64,000 bases of DNA from Macrostomum lignano (Eukaryota): contig NIVC01000239.1 in assembly GCA_002269645.1 (NCBI GenBank), positions 62,001 through 126,000 of the forward strand, in the 5' to 3' direction. The notes beneath the pieces are model-generated. The model was not told the DNA's origin. It did no database searches and saw nothing but the letters and a program-made list of their open reading frames with translations. Below, in pieces: positions 1 through 13,000 of this stretch (the first letter of the stretch is position 1; each line of letters starts with the position of its first letter). Position numbers and translations under genes: made by a program.

Positions 1-25
1 GCAGCCAGTTGGCGAGCACATTGTT

Positions 26-542
26 ATGGTCCACGTTGGCGCCGGCGAGACTTTCTGTGTCCGAGTTGGAGACCAAATCCAGCATGTCCGCGGCCCGGCC
101 ACTGTCCGAATGGTGTCCAATAGCGGGCCGCCGCTGCCTATGCCTATGCAGGTGCCGCCAGGCCACCTAGTACAGCAGATTGTAGACGAGAATGGCATTT
201 TAACTCACGTGATTCTGTCGCCGCAGCACGCGCCGTCGCATCACGCATCTCCCGGTCCAGCCTATTATCCGCCCGCCGGAGTGATGGCGGCCGGTCATCA
301 CCTACTGCCGGGGCCCGCTGCGATGGCTCCGCCGCAGCCTAACCCGCCGCCGCAGCAGCCCCAGCAGCAGCAGCAGCAGCCCTACGTGGTGAGCTCGGCC
401 CAGCAGGTCATGTGCAGCAGCGGAGTCGGCGGCGGCGGCGGCCTGTCTCCAATCCCGTGCAATTATGCGATTTCGCCGCAGGCGTCTCCAGCTAGCGCGA
501 TTGGCACCGGACTTGGCGGCGCTGCCAGCAGTCTTGGAGGGC
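26..542 (+). CDS. FNDC3: FNDC3 exon 1 (conserved N-terminal Pro-rich region)
   Basis: Family N-terminal motif; donor GTGAGT at 543, phase 1. Confidence 0.88.
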
Positions 543-3500
543 GTGAGTTGTTTTTCTCTTAGTTTAATAACTTCTCAATGATGTTTTGCTTTTTTTCGGA
601 ATGGCTTTGAGTGGATAGCCGATTTGGATTGACAGCTGAAATTGTTGACTGTATTATTGACTTGCATCTTAATAGCATTACGAGATGCTGTACGCACTCT
701 CACACAGGGTGTACAGCAGCCCTGACTTTCTAATCGTCAGGCATGTACAATCTCTGTGCCTTGGGGGTTGGCCCTCATGGCTTTTGAATCGCATGACAAC
801 CCCAATTTGTTTCTGTACGGAATCGAACCCGGGGTCGCTTTCGTCTTGCTTGCCTGCAGGTTAAGCAGAACTGGAAGCGGTTAGTACATCGCAGTTGAAT
901 AAGGCTGCTTGCGTCACCCCTGCATACTGCTTTGGGTATAATGTGCCTGTGCCAGTAGATCAGGGCCTGCGTCGTTAGTTAAGTTAAGCAAGCAAGTTAA
1001 GCAGAGTTGGCAGCGGTTAGGCTGCTTGCGTCGCCCCCTTCCCGTGCATTCGCAGTGAACGAGTGTTCGTCGTAGGAGTCCCAAGCGTATTTTATGTATA
1101 TTTTTATTTATAGAATAAATATAATAGAATAAGTATGAAATTAGTAACAAAACTTGATAGAAACTATAATAGTAGATTTCCTATAGCAGCATTTTGGGAC
1201 AGGTGGGAACAAGACGGTGAAGGAGCGTGGAGGCTGGGCGGGCTGGGCTGGTCCGCTCGCCCCCTCCGGTGTCTGGCAGACCTGGCCGAGCCAAATTTAG
1301 CTTTCTGGGGTTATGGGGCGGCTGGCTTCCCCGTCTCCCCCGCCCTCTGTTCCGCTGCTCGCCCTAAGGCCCCGGGGTCTCTCGCTTCCTCTTTCTCCAC
1401 TGCTCCCTTCCCTGTCCTTCTTTCTCTTCGCCCTCCCCCCCACAGCCAGCCAGCAACTTCTGCAGCCCGGCCGCCCATCTAGCAGCCCTGTTGGCAGGCC
1501 TATATTTGCTTCTCCATCGGCAGCTGGATGCCTGCCTCTTTTCTCTCTCTCTCACCCCGCTGCTCCTCTCGTATCAGCAGCCTGGGGGCCAAAGTCGGGG
1601 CCTGAGCGGTGGCCACCTTCTCCCTGCTGGCTGGGAAAATCGCATCGCCAAAGAGGACGGGGCGATATAGACGCGGATGCAGAGGCGGCGGCGCATTCTC
1701 GGGGCTTGACTTAGCCGCTTCTCTTCTTATATGCTTCTATTATATCACTATCGAGAAAGAGAGAAAGCGCCAGACGGAGCAATATGCTTAGCTTGTATAT
1801 CAATATGTGCTCTAAAAATAAGCTACTTACAGCAGTCTGCTCTTATATTACTTCTCTCTGATGCGGCTTGCTCTCTCTATCTCCGTTGCCGGACTACGCC
1901 TTAACATAGTGCTCAATGAATCTGTGATCAATAATAATAATGCTTCGGGTGTATCAACTGAATTGCGTGATGCTCATATTTGTTATTGAGATTGCTAGTG
2001 GCTCTTAAAAGTATATCTTTTAATTACAGTTAACAACTAGACTTTATGCTTAGGCAAAGTACGAGTCCACAGTATGTTAAATGTAATTGATTTCCGCTAG
2101 AAATTAATTTTACAGTTTGCAGAGCACTTTACCTATTTTCTTTTGTTTCACCTGTTGATTGGCGTAAGGAAATCAATTCCAACTCAGTTTCTTATTTGCT
2201 TTGGAACTCTTTGGAATTGCGTCGTTCCCTCATTAACTTTTATTCCCCTCTTCAATGAATAGGACTTGGTGAGTCTGTTGACTTTGGTGTGCCTACCAGA
2301 GCAGAGAGCTGAGGGGCAGTCGACATTCGGCAGATAAGGGGAGAGGACAGACAGATAAGACGACATGAGACACATAAGAGGACAGAAAACACAAAAAAGG
2401 ACAGGAGACACAAAAGAGAACAGAAGACACAAAAAGGATAGGAGACACATAAGAGAACAGGAGACACAAAAAGGATAGGAGACACATAAGAGAACAGGAG
2501 ACACATAAGAGGACAGGAAACACAAAAAAGGACAGGAGACACAAAAGAGAACAGAAGACACAAAAAGGATAGGAGACACATAAGAGAACAGGAGACACAT
2601 AAGAGGACAGTAGACACAAAAGAGGACAGTAGACACAAAAAGGACAGAAGACACAAAAGAGAACAGGAGACACAAAAGGACAGAAGACACAAAAGAGGAC
2701 AGTAGACACAAAAGGACAGAAGACACAAAAGAGGACAGTAGACACAAAAAGGACAGAAGACACAAAAGAGGACAGTAGACACAAAAGGACAGAAGACACA
2801 AAAGAGGACAGTAGACACAAAAAGGACAGAAGACACAAAAGAGAACAGGAGACACATAAGGACAGAATGCACAAAAGAGAACAGGAGACACATAAGAGGA
2901 CAGTAGACACAAAAGGACAGAAGACACAAAAGAGGACAGTAGACACATAAGGACAGAAGACACAAAAGAGAACAGGAGACACATAAGGACAGAATACACA
3001 AAAGAGAACAGGAGACACATAAGAGGACAGTAGACACAAAAGGACAGAAGACACAAAAGAGGACAGTAGACACAAAAAGGACAGAAGACACAAAAGAGGA
3101 CAGTAGACACAAAAGGACAGAAGACACAAAAGAGGACAGTAGACACAAAAAGGACAGAAGACACAAAAGAGGACAGTAGACACAAAAGGACAGAAGACAC
3201 AAAAGAGGACAGTAGACACAAAAAGGACAGAAGACACAAAAGAGAACAGGAGACACATAAGGACAGAATACACAAAAGAGAACAGGAGACACATAAGAGG
3301 ACAGTAGACACAAAAGGACAGAAGACACAAAAGAGGACAGTAGACACAAAAAGGACAGAAGACACAAAAGAGAACAGGAGACACATAAGGACAGAATACA
3401 CAAAAGAGAATAGGAGACACATAAGAGGACAGTAGACACAAAAGGACAGAAGACACAAAAGAGGACAGTAGACACAAAAAGGACAGAAGACACAAAAGAG

Positions 3501-6500
3501 AACAGGAGACACATAAGGACAGAATACACAAAAGAGAACAGGAGACACATAAGAGGACAGTAGACACAAAAGGACAGAAGACACAAAAGAGGACAGTAGA
3601 CACAAAAAGGACAGAAGACACAAAAGAGAACAGGAGACACATAAGGACAGAATACACAAAAGAGAACAGGAGACACATAAGAGGACAGTAGACACAAAAG
3701 GACAGAAGACACAAAAGAGGACAGTAGACACAAAAAGGACAGAAGACACAAAAGAGGACAGTAGACACAAAAGGACAGAAGACACAAAAGAGGACAGGAG
3801 ACATATAAGAGGACAGTAGAGACACATAAGAGGACAGGAGACACATAAGAGGACAGGAGACACACGAGAGGACAAGAGAGACATAAGAGGACAGGAGACA
3901 CATGAGAGGACAAGAGACACATAAGAGGACAGGAGACACATGAGAGGACAAGAGAGACATAAGAGGACAGGAGACACATACTATTTTGAGTCCGGTTATG
4001 CATTTACACGGGTAATGCATTAAAAAAATTACCGAATGCATTTCATGAATACTAAACGATTCGAGAGCGCAATTTACGAGTGGCAATGAGTGTCGCTCGT
4101 GAAAAAAAATGGACCCTAGCAGAGGGCAGAAGCCTATTGGGAATGTAGAAGTTGTAGAAATGTCTGAGTAGAGATATTTTGTGTGCACTAAAAGCTGCTA
4201 GAAAAATATTGGACTGTTGCTTTTAATGCATAAAAACACAGGTCCAGAAAAGTATTGAAATTTGTTAGTAATGAAGCTTTACTAATCATATAGATTTATT
4301 CGCTTCATGCGAAAGGTCTAACTGGGTTCAAGTGTACTGTACTTTCTGTTGATTTTATGCGCTCTTATGTGGGGGAGGATGGTGCTGCTCTTATCGCTGC
4401 TCGCATTCGCTACTGTATCCAGCTAATCTTATTAGTTTTTTATTGCACTGCTTTTATGTATAATAGATTTTCTGTAACTAGTTTTTTCGGTTTGCAATAT
4501 GATATTTTGAACGCTTTTACACAATCAATTTATTGTCTTTTTTATTTTTGAATTCTCAAATTTCTCAGCAACCTCGCTAATGATGGACGATCGAACTGAG
4601 AGGCACAAGTGCAAGGTGCAGCATCGGCTGAAGAATCGTAGGGCTCAGCAGCAGCAGCAGCATCAGCAGCAGCAGCAGGCACAGATGCCACCGCCTCTTG
4701 TTGATCAGCAGCTAAGAAGGAAGCGGCCGTCACCTCGAGGTGAGATTCCGGTCAAGGGCGTCTGTAAAATCTTTGAATTTTACAATCTATTTAGGGGTTA
4801 TAAAGTGTGGGGAATGTGAAGTTTGTGTGGATGTAAACTTATCGGCAATGTGAAGATTAAGGAATAAGAAGTTTGGGGAATATAAAGATTGGAGAATCTG
4901 AAGGTTGGGGAATCTGAAGATTGGAGAACATAAAGATTGGGGAATTTAAAGGTTGAAGAATCCATAGGTTAAGGAATCTGAAGGTTGGAGAACATGAAAG
5001 TTCGGGAATTTGAAGATTGGGGAATCTGAAAGTTGGGGAATCTGAAAGTTGGGGTTCTGAAAGCTTGAGAGCATGAGAGTTTAGGAATCTGAAGGTTGGG
5101 AAGTTTGAAGTTTGGGGAATATGAAGTTTGGGGAATCTAAAGATTGGGGAATCTTAAGATTGGGAATATGAAGTTTGGGGAATCTAAAGATAGGAGAATC
5201 TGAAGATTGGGGAATCTTAAGATTGGGGAATCTAAAGGTTGAAGAATCTAAAGGTTGTGGAATCTGAAGGTTGGAGAACATGAAAGTTTGGGAATTCGAA
5301 GATACGGAAATCTGAAGTTTGGGAAGTCTGTGAAGGTGGGGGAATGTTATTTCTTGGGGATGAGAGTTTAGAGTTTAAAGTTTAGGGAATGTGATGAAGT
5401 TCAATGAGTCCCCAAATCCGAAATTCGAGGATATTAGCTCGTCAAGTTCTGGGAATGTTGGGAGAAAGCTTAGCTGCGATTGTGACTGGCGGACTGTAAA
5501 AAAGCCTCTGTTTAAGATGTACGTTGTGTATTTGATTTTGCCTACAGTGACGGACAAAAGTTGGGCGGATATTCGTCTGAATTTTTGTCATAATAAAAAA
5601 TCCAGACAGACGGACAGGCGGACAAACGGACATAATTGAGTTAATCAGAAGAAAAACATTCTCTTTGATGATTTTTGCTGCCGCCATCGGCGCCTTCAAT
5701 CAGGCAGTCAGCCGCATTGACAGAATTCAAAACTGTCTGTCTAGATGTAGAAGAGGAGAATATGGAAGCTGATGCAGGCCGGCTGTCAGACCATTACTAT
5801 TGGAACCGTGCCAAGCGGAATCTAGAAATACAGAGTCAGAGCTGCCGTGCAGTTTTCAATAGGCTCAACCTCTTCTCTCTCTCCCTTGAAGTTGTCAAGA
5901 CGCAAGCGCGTTGAAGAAAGTAGAAAGTTTCTGCAGAGCGCCGGCTACGTGACTTTTCTAAGGAAACAATTTGGAGCATTACAAAATATAACATTATATT
6001 CGGTAATCCATCAAGTCGAAACTTGAAGAATAATCACCGTTGCCTCGTCATTTCTTTCGTTATCGACAAACGGTCTCGGCTCCTCTTATCCACTTTTCTC
6101 TCCCTTTTCTATTTTTTTTGGGGGAAATTCACATTTTCAGCACTTAAAAGAGCACCTATATTTCCCTACTCTCTTGCTGCCTCCCCTCTCCCAGTTTTCC
6201 TTGATCTTGACTGCTTTCCATCTATTGCTCCTAATGGGTGCCATCAATGCTTTGGCGCCTTGCCAGCCTCTATCTCTACGATGGCCCTCTCTAATCCGCT
6301 TGCCACTTCGCGCTTCCCCCTCCCCTCTCCCTCTCCATCTCCCTGTCCTGTCCTGTCCGCATCAGCTGAAAATCAACGGCTCTCCTTTCCAATTTCTCTC
6401 CAATAGTTTCTTCTCTCGCTGCAGCGGCTCTCTTCTCTCTTTTTTTCTCAAAAAGTATCAAAGGAGGCGGGGGCGGCGGTCGGTCTCCGTCCGATAAATC

Positions 6501-6523
6501 GGTCTGCTACGAGCTACAGTTTG

Positions 6524-6585
<62 letters not shown>

Positions 6586-6974
6586 CCTCTCGTTTTGATT
6601 CTCTATATTAGCTATATTGAATATAATCGTAGATTTTAAATCAGCCACAGATAGTCGCGCCGATCGCTACGCACACGCTCTACGCAATAGTTTCAGGTGC
6701 CCTCATAGAGCGAGAATTGCACATCATGAATAATGAATAAAAATATTTTTTTACTATTATATTTCGACTGTCTTGAAGTCTGTTAGTTCTAGCGTTCCTG
6801 TTGTACTTTCAAGTTCATAAATAATAATTGTAATAAATCCTTTGCGCGTACGTTGCGCACTTATATAGATACAAGCCACCCAGACACAGCTATCGTAGCC
6901 TTTCGCTTGTGCCTACCGGATGCGCTTTGATCCCGTCCTCCCCGGCTGTATGCCTTTTTCTCCCCGCTCTGTTT

Positions 6975-7047
<73 letters not shown>

Positions 7048-10000
7048 AGTTGTATGCTAACCCTTCATAGGTCAGTTTCCTTTTTAAACCCGATTCCCAT
7101 ACGGTATAGACTAGGCTATCCCGTCCAGTTTGCACTCTAATAAAGTTTCTGACGGCCTCTCTATCTCTCTCTCCGTGTCTGTCTTTGAAGGTGCTAGATG
7201 CCGCAACAAGGCGGAACTTGCAATACCGCTCTCTCTCTCTCTTCCTCTGTGTACGTGGCATGTCTGTCTGCGTGCGTGTTTATCATATAGCCTACCGTAC
7301 CAGCCGTATCCTGTGCTATGTGTCTTTGCTGTGCACCAGCTGTTCCGTTTGTGTCTAGTGCAAACTGATCTGTTAAAACGGAGAGCTGAAAAAAACAGCA
7401 GAACAAGTTTATATGTTTATTGTTTTTGTTTTATTACTTAGATGACTCGGAATCGCTTAGGAATCGCTCAGATAGCTTGGGGCTAGAGGGGAATCGCTCA
7501 GATAGCCTGGGGCTAGAGGGGAATCGCTCAGATAGCCTGGGGCTAGAGGGGAATCGCTCAGATAGCCTGGGGCTAGAGGGGAATCGCTCAGGTAGCCTGG
7601 GGCTAGAGGGGAATCGCTCAGATAGCCTGGGGCTAGAGGGGAATCGCTCAGATAGCCTGGGGCTAGAGGGGAATCGCTCAGATAGCCTGGGGCTAGAGGG
7701 GAATCGCTCAGATAGCCTGGGGCTAGAGGGGAATCGCTCAGATAGCCTGGGGCTAGAGGGGAATCGCTCAGATAGCCTGGGGCTAGAGGGGAATCGCTCA
7801 GATAGCCTGGGGCTAGAGGGGAATCGCTCAGATAGCCTGGGGCTAGAGGGGAATCGCTCAGATAGCCTGGGGCTAGAGGGGAATCGCTCAGATAGCCTGG
7901 GGCTAGAGGGGAATCGCTCAGATAGCCTGGGGCTAGAGGGGAATCGCTCAGATAGCCTGGGGCTAGAGGGGAATCGCTCAGATAGTCTGGGGCAGAGTGC
8001 GGCCCGCCCAGATATCAAACCCTCGCTGACATTTTCGCATAGACCTGTTCTGCCGACCTCGTCAGATTAAAGTATTAGGCCAAAGTCTTATCCTTTCGCA
8101 TCGATGAGGCAACGCCCAGGTTTCGCTTCGCCTGGGTTAGCCTAATTTTTGTGCCTTACATATCTGCGTCTTCTAACAGATTTTGTGCTCGCTGATCAAG
8201 GTAACTACTGGGAGTTCCCATTTTTGTTTGAGCGCTTATACTAGTTCGCGCTTACACCAGTTCGCGCCTATGCCAGTGCACCCCTATGCCCGTCTTTCGA
8301 TTTATAATCCAAGTCTAAAATGATTGATTTAATTATGTTACAATCTTCTTTTGCGCCTGTCACAGTCAATCATTTTCATCACTTCCACTACGTGTAAATA
8401 CCGGTTATGGTTTCCATCCAATTGTATACCTGAGGCGCGGCTATGAAGCACAAATAGGCGGTATTGAAGCTTTATTTTTTATGGCAGGCTGGCTTAGTGG
8501 CTGCGTTTCTGATATTCAATCCTGCATAGTGTAGCCAATATCCTGGCAGTTTGCCAGTGTGTCTGATGTCTTTCTCTTTCGAAAATTAAAAAAATCCCAA
8601 AACCAGCTTGCGTTCTGCTCTTGGTTTTCATTTTTTATTCTGTTTGCGAAGCTGCTGCCTAATTTCTGTTTTTGCTTTGCTAGCTGAGGCAATACAATAG
8701 GATAGGCAATATTGCTTTTTAACCGGGTAAGGAAGGTTTCATATATTGGCAGCAGTTGTTGCTGTTGTTGCTTTCGCCTGCTCCTGCTGCTGACCCTGGC
8801 CTGACCTACGACGGGGGGTGGGGGTTAGGGTTGCTGGCTAGAGGGAGAGGTCACAAACATTTTCACTGTCCCTTCCCCTTCTGTATATGGACGGCAGACA
8901 GACGAACAGGCAGCATTTGAGGGGCCGTGCTGCATGCTGGCTAAGTTTAGGGCGAAAGAGAAAGAGAGGCCTGGGAGTTTCGCCTACGTGCGCGAGGAAT
9001 TAAGCGAATGACTGATGTTCATTTTTGGTACTACGCCTGTCCCGCCTCTGTTATGACTGTCTCTATTTAGTAAAATTCGATTTCTAATTTCTAAGAGACA
9101 ATTTAATATTTGCTAAGAATTTAGCGAGAAATAAAATCCTCTAGTTTGGCGGCAGCTTATTTTAATTGATTAAAAGCCACTAAAAGTACGGATAGATAAC
9201 CAGAGTGCTCATTGTGAAGGGAGGCTGGCCTGGACAGGTGGGAACAGGAGAGGTCACTGTGGGGACCGGTAGGTACCAGGAAGGGTCACTATGGGGACCG
9301 GTGGGTAACCGTAAAGATCACCGAGGCGACCGGTGGGTAACAAGAGAGGTCACTGAGGGGACCAGTGGGTAACAGTAAAAGTCACTGAGAGGACCGGTGG
9401 GTAACAGCAGAGGTCACTGAGGGGACCGGTGGGTATCAAGAGAGGTTACTGAGGGGACCGGTGGGTAACAAGAGAGGTCACTGAGGGGACCGGTGGGTAA
9501 CAGTAAAGGTCACCGAGGGGACAGGTGGGTAACAAGAGGTCACTGAGGACCAGTGGGTAACAGTAAAAGTCACTGAGAGGACCGGTGGGTAACAGCAGAG
9601 GTCACTGAGGGGACCGGTGGGTAACAAGAGAGGTTACTGAGGGGACCGGTGGGTAACAAGAGAGGTCACTGAGGGGACCGGTGGGTAACAGTAAAGGTCA
9701 CCGAAGGGACAGGTGGGTAACAAGAGGTCACTGAGGACCAGTGGGTAACAGTAAAAGTCACTGAGAGGACCGGTGGGTAACAGCAGAGGTCACTGAGGGG
9801 ACCGGTGGGTAACAAGAGAGGTTACTGAGGGGACCGGTGGGTAACAAGAGAGGTCACTGAGGGGACCGGTGGGTAACAGTAAAGGTCACCGAGGGAACAG
9901 GTGGGTAACAAGAGGTCACTGAGGGGACCGGTGGGTAACAAGATAATTGCCTTGTGGACTATTTGGTGACAAATGTAATTACGGACTAATGGCAGTAAGT

Positions 10001-13000
10001 AACAGTAATGTCACACTGTATGGACTAGTGAGTCACAGGAATGTCACACTGTATGGACTAGTGAGTCACAGGAATGTCACACTGTATGGACTAGTGAGTC
10101 ACAGTAATGTCACACTGTATGGCTAGTGAGTAACAGTAATGTCGCACTGTATGGACTAGTGAGTAACAGTAATGTCACACTGTATGGACTAGTGAGTAAC
10201 AGGAATGTCACACTGTATGGACTAGTGAATCACAGGAATGTCACACTGTATGGACTAGTGAGTCACAGTAATGTCACACTGTATGGACTAGTGAGTAACA
10301 GTAATGTCGCACTGTATGGACTAGTGAATCACAGGAATGTCGCACTGTATGGACTAGTGAATCACAGGAATGTCACACTGTATGGACTAGTGAATCACAG
10401 GAATGTCACACTGTATGGACTAGTGAGTAACAGTAATGTCACACTGTATGGACTAGTGAGTAACAGGAATGTCACACTGTATGGACTAGTGAGTAACAGT
10501 AATGTCGCACTGTATGGACTAGTGAGTAACAGGAATGTCACACTGTATGGACTAGTGAGTAACAGTAATGTCACACTGTATGGACTAGTGAATCACAGGA
10601 ATGTCACACTGTATGGACTAGTGAGTAACAGTAATGTCACACTGTATGAACTAGTGAGTAACAGGAATGTCACACTGTATGAACTAGTGAGTAACAGTAA
10701 TGTCACACTGTATGAACTAGTGAGTAACAGGAATGTCACACTGTATGAACTAGTGAGTAACAGTAATGTCGCACTGTATGGACTAGTGAGTAACAAAAAA
10801 GTTAATTGAAGGACTGGTAAAGAGGCAGATAGAATAGAAATGAGCAAGTGAGTCCAGTATTAGAGACTTGTATAAACCGCATACTAAAAATCGAATGCTG
10901 AAATCCAGCAGCCTCTCAAATTGCAGACGTAGCAGTCCAGAAATGAGGTGATAGGGGCGCAGGGCGGTGATATTCCACCCAAATATTTCTTCAAGTCTTA
11001 ATTCAGAGCGGCTGGAGTGCAATAAATGGTCAGCGGCGGGCCTTCAGCTGCCTGGTGTCGCATTTCAGTCAGTGCACTTTAGCCAGGCCGTATTGCAGTT
11101 GTTTATTGCTCAAGTCGCATTTTTTAATACTTATTTTTATTTCAACAAAAACCTGCAGGCTCGATGAATGGCGACAACGGCCAGCAGCAGCAATACAGCG
11201 GCTTCGGTGGCCACCCAGGCCGTCAGTCTCATCAATCGCCTCGGCTTAATTATGCATCCGCCAATCATCAGCATCAGCAGCATCAGCATCAGCAGCATCA
11301 GCATCAGCAGCCGCAGCAGTTGCTTTCCCAGCAGCTGCATCATCATTCTTATCAGCAGCAGCAGCACCAGCACAATCCGCAGCCAATGCCGCAGCCATTG
11401 CAGCAGCAGCAGCAGCCAGCGCAGTCTCAGTGTCGCTCGGCGACAGAAAATGGAGTTGGCGACAGTTCGTCCTCCGTTGACGAGTTCCCAGAGTTCCCGC
11501 CTAGGCCTCGCCGGCAGCAGCAGAGGGGGGCTAAGCAGCTGACACCGTCAACAGCGGCCACCTCGCCTACGCCACCTTCAACAGCGTCGACCGCTGAATT
11601 CGGCGGCGCCGCTCAATCCGCGCCCGCTGCCGCGGCTGAGCCGCAGCCGGATCTCCGCAGCCTCATGCAGCAGGCTGGCATCACAGAGGAGGCGCTGCGC
11701 CAGGCTCTCACCTGCGTCAAGCCGCCAAGCGTCTCCGAGATTGAGCTGAAAAGCGCCCTAATCCGCTTGTTCCCGCCGCCGCCCGACCGCCTGCCCGAGG
11801 CCTTCTATCCCTGTCTGAATTTCGAGCTCCACCTGTCCGACTCAGGCTCGGACGCGGCTTATAATCGAGTATTCGACGGCCAAGCCGAAGAGATTAGCCT
11901 TCAAGATTTGAGACCGAATCGCGAGTATCACGTCAAAGCTTTGGCTAAGCTGGACTCGCTGCGCGGCAAGTTCACCCAGCCGAAAGCTTTCTGCACCCTG
12001 TGCCGGCCGCCCGCCGCCCCGGCGGCTCCGCATCTGGCTAGCCGAACTAAAAATAGCCTGCTGGTGCGCTGGCCAGCTTCTGATGAGGACAATGGCGCCA
12101 AAGTGGTCGCCTACTTGCTGGAGTGCGCAACTAAAGCGTCAGACAGTGGTAAGCGTTCGCCTGCTTTTGGAAACTTTATTTAAGGCTTTAGGAGTTTCAG
12201 GGAGTTTGGGGAAGGTTCTTGGGGCCTGAGGGATTTTGGGCTAGACAGTTGGGGCTCGGGAAAGTTCCGCTAAGATCTTGAAGCTTGGGGAGTTTCTGGG
12301 AAGATCTTGAAGCTTGGGGAGTTTCTGGGAAGATCTTGAAGCTTGGGGAGTTTCTGGGAAGATCTTGAAGCTTGGGGAGTTTCTGGGAAGATCTTGAAGC
12401 TTGGGGAGTTTCTGGGAAGATCTTGAAGCTTGGGGAGTTTCTGGGAAGATCTTGAAGCTTGGGGAGTTTCTGGGAAGATCTTGAAGCTTGGGGAGTTTCT
12501 GGGAAGATCTTGAAGCTTGGGGAGTTTCGGGGAAGATCTTGAAGCTACGGGAATTTCGTGTAAGATCTTGAAGCTACGGGAATTTCGTGTAAGATCTTGA
12601 AGCTTCGGGAATTTCGTGTAAGATCTTGAAGCTTGGGGAATTTCGTGTAAGATCTTGAAGCTACGGGAATTTCGTGTAAGATCTTGAAGCTTGGGGAATT
12701 TCGTGTAAGATCTTGAAGCTACGGGAATTTCGTGTAAGATCTTGAAGCTACGGGAATTTCGTGTAAGATCTTGAAGCTACGGGAATTTCGTGTAAGATCT
12801 TGAAGCTTGGGGAATTTCGTGTAAGATCTTGAAGCTTCGGGAATTTCGTGTAAGATCTTGAAGCTTCGGGAATTTCGTGTAAGATCTTGAAGCTTCGGGA
12901 ATTTCGTGTAAGATCTTGAAGCTTCGGGAATTTCGTGTAAGATCTTGAAGCTTCGGGAATTTCGTGTAAGATCTTGAAGCTTCGGGAATTTCGTGTAAGA

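Noticed and set aside
812-850. tRNA-like B-box GGGTTCGATTCC on the minus strand
   Set aside because: No A-box or cloverleaf could be found; at most a decayed SINE or tRNA fragment
2184-4188. Three overlapping 580-630 aa Cys/Leu-rich ORFs
   Set aside because: Translations of an intronic minisatellite open in all three minus frames; no splice context or domain
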